From assembly GCA_965153285.1 (NCBI GenBank), contig OZ229114.1: a stretch of 64,000 nucleotides of DNA; one strand, given 5' to 3'. The translations under genes were made by a program, and so were the position numbers. How positions within the stretch are numbered: position 1 is the stretch's first letter; each line of letters starts with the position of its first letter. The notes beneath the pieces were generated by a model. It worked only from the letters and a program-made list of their open reading frames with translations, searched no databases and was not told where the DNA came from. Positions 62,341 to 64,000 of the stretch are shown piece by piece. Source of the DNA: Podarcis tiliguerta. Its lineage: Eukaryota.

Positions 62341-63579
62341 GCCTAGTAGCTAGAAGTATATGTATATGTGCTTCCAGAGCAACATGGGAGTTGCTCTACA
62401 TCAGTCCCAAAACATCTGGAGGGCCAAGTTTGGGGGTGCCTGCTCTACATGCTTCTTTTGTCCATAAAGGCTTAACTAACAGATGGGTCCCTTCCTGGCT
62501 GGGACACTCACTAACCAAACCCTACAATCACATTAACATTGCAGTGAACTGAGGATGCACTCCAGTAAACAATCTAGCAAGTCGATTCTGCTGAGGCAAA
62601 ATGTGATACAATGATGATCTTAGCTGGTTATGGGTTGTGCTGTGACTGCTGGGTAGATTTTACTTTGGGGTTCACTTGGACTGATTCCTCCTGCTATCAA
62701 GAAAAAGAAAAAGCATCGCAAACTTGCCGTGTTGCCAATGAGGTCACAGAAGACTTAGTGGCGCAGCTTGCATTAGTCCATTCTCTCTGCATATGTGGAT
62801 CAAACGTAATTTAGTGAATCAGATGCACTGAATTACGTTGCCAGTCACTGGCCTGTAAGGCTGAAATTTTGCCCCATTAAGCAATCTACAAATCATCATC
62901 TTTCTGGCTTTATTACAAAATTCTCCAGCCATTCCGGGTACTTTTGGCTTGGCCTGTCCGTTACTGTACAAAAGGTAGCACCATCAGAGTAATTACAACC
63001 CACTGAGACCAATATTTCTAGGTGGTTTCTTAACGGGAGAGGAGATGGCTTTCTGCAGGATCACAGAAACCTTTCTTTTTAAAACAAGAACATTTAATTA
63101 GTAGATAAAAGTTACACCTTCTCTCAGGACAGTTAATGGGCCTTGAGGGAAATGTCATCCCTGTGAAATTGCCCTATATAAAGAGGGGAGAAGATATTAT
63201 TTTTATTTTAAGGAAGAGAAGTCCCCTTGGATACATGGGTAACTGCTTAAATATACTCACTTTGCTACTCAGGTAATGAGGATAACACATCATCTGCTAT
63301 AGCCTTTTCCTCATTATGGAGCTGAAAGGTGTGCTTGGATGCTAAGTGACAGATAGGGTGGGGGGAATCTCTGCCTTTTCCATCTTAAGCAAAAAGGTAT
63401 CTTGTCGAGTGCAAGAGAAGGGCAGAGAAGACTGTCATCTCTTCACAATAATGACTACATGCATTGCATTGCAACTGCTCTACATCCTTATGAATCCTAA
63501 TCAACACAGAAGACAGAAAGCCACTCTAGATGTATGCTACAGCTCTGAAGGAAACACATGGCTGGCCTTTGCACAGCTC

Positions 63580-63892
63580 TGACTAGGATGCTAACTATGT
63601 CCTTTGCTGGACAAAGCAGATCTGTCCACGGTTACTGATGCCTCACATCCACATTACTGCAGCACACTCAGCCAGATGCTGCTCTTGAAAAGCATTAGGA
63701 AACTGCAATGAGGGCAAAAATTGTGCAGTGGTTGGAGACAATTCTGGTGTTCAGTTTTCCAGACCACATCAAATGTATTTAATTTCCATTCACTTCCTGT
63801 GAATTTCGCATCTTGATTCAAGGAGCTACTTATTACCTATAAAGTCCAAAATACTTTGGGATCAGGATATCTGAAGAGTCGCTTCTTCCCAC
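63580..63892 (+). mobile_element. Degraded L2 ORF2 fragment
   Basis: gcagatctg.ccacggtt, ttgaaaagcattaggaaactgcaa, tattacctataaag, gga.caggatatctgaagag.cgc. Confidence 0.55.
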
Positions 63893-64000
63893 ATAGGAAA
63901 TCATTTTCAAATGTTATAATACAGAGATTTTATTTACTTATTTTCATTCAGCAGATTAATACCCAACCTTTCTTCAACAGAACTCAAGGCGGCATGGGGA

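Overview
Repeat-dense, apparently non-genic vertebrate DNA from a squamate reptile. Sauria SINEs, a Squam3-like SINE, BovB and CR1 point to a lizard, probably a lacertid (inference). I recognise no host protein-coding gene, rRNA, functional tRNA or CRISPR array. The protein-like ORFs in the track come from retroelements (CR1, L2, RTE/BovB, L1/Tx1-like). The window holds many SINEs, hAT and Tc1/mariner-type MITEs with readable TIRs and TSDs, several solo LTRs, microsatellites, a 350-N assembly gap, and some repeat-free TAAT-rich islands that may be enhancers. The most interesting signals are: (1) two ORF-less RTE-type 5' ends that start at an HDV-like ribozyme pseudoknot carrying an unusual extra hairpin; (2) a decayed Penelope-like element whose RT part recurs in inverted orientation about 32 kb away with shared lesions and conserved antisense splice sites; (3) a Sauria SINE whose core is replaced by about 300 bp of foreign DNA; (4) a 43-bp segment apparently copied into a CR1 tail from 3 kb away. 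All family names come from manual motif recognition, not database searches.
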